Assembly: GCA_013239625.1 (NCBI GenBank)
Contig: MU054391.1
Coordinates: 8,155,095-8,219,094 of the forward strand
Length of the DNA: 64,000 nt
From: Lama guanicoe
Taxonomy: Eukaryota
Direction of reading: 5' to 3'
Shown here: positions 63,945 to 64,000 of the stretch, one piece after another
Position numbering within the stretch: the first letter of the stretch is position 1
Layout: each line of letters begins with the position of its first letter
Notes under the pieces: model-generated
Told to the model about the DNA's origin: nothing
The model's database searches: none
What the model saw: the letters and a program-made list of their open reading frames with translations, nothing else
Position numbers and translations under genes: made by a program

Positions 63945-64000
63945 TCTGAGCATCAGTCTCTGTGTCTGATGTAGGTTAAGAGATGGTTAAGAGATGGCCC

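Noticed and set aside
1..64000. A novel multi-gene or prokaryotic-type system
   Set aside because: There is no coding density, operon, long ORF, array or foreign-composition segment. The window is explained as mammalian non-coding DNA with decayed transposable elements.

Overview
This is AT-rich, CpG-depleted eutherian genomic DNA, either intergenic or deep intronic, and not prokaryotic. Three copies of a tRNA-Ala-derived SINE that looks like the camelid Vic-1 family suggest a camel, alpaca or llama genome. About half of the window is decayed interspersed repeat: L1/HAL1, L2, MIR, MaLR (MLT1), ERVL (MLT2, LTR16), ERV1-class solo LTRs, and hAT/Tigger MITEs (MER53, MER81, MER5, MER2). I could not support any protein-coding gene, RNA gene or CRISPR array. 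The listed ORFs are chance ORFs or repeat fragments. I found no new multi-gene system. The best observations are small-scale: ultra-short L1-tail insertions with target-site duplications (one of them a tandem dimer), a double fold-back palindrome in a TA microsatellite, a strong CTCF motif, CpG-retaining non-repeat patches, a MER53 copy with a miR-1302-like arm, and a few exon-like segments. Repeat families were assigned by eye from remembered consensus motifs, so subfamilies and most boundaries are approximate.
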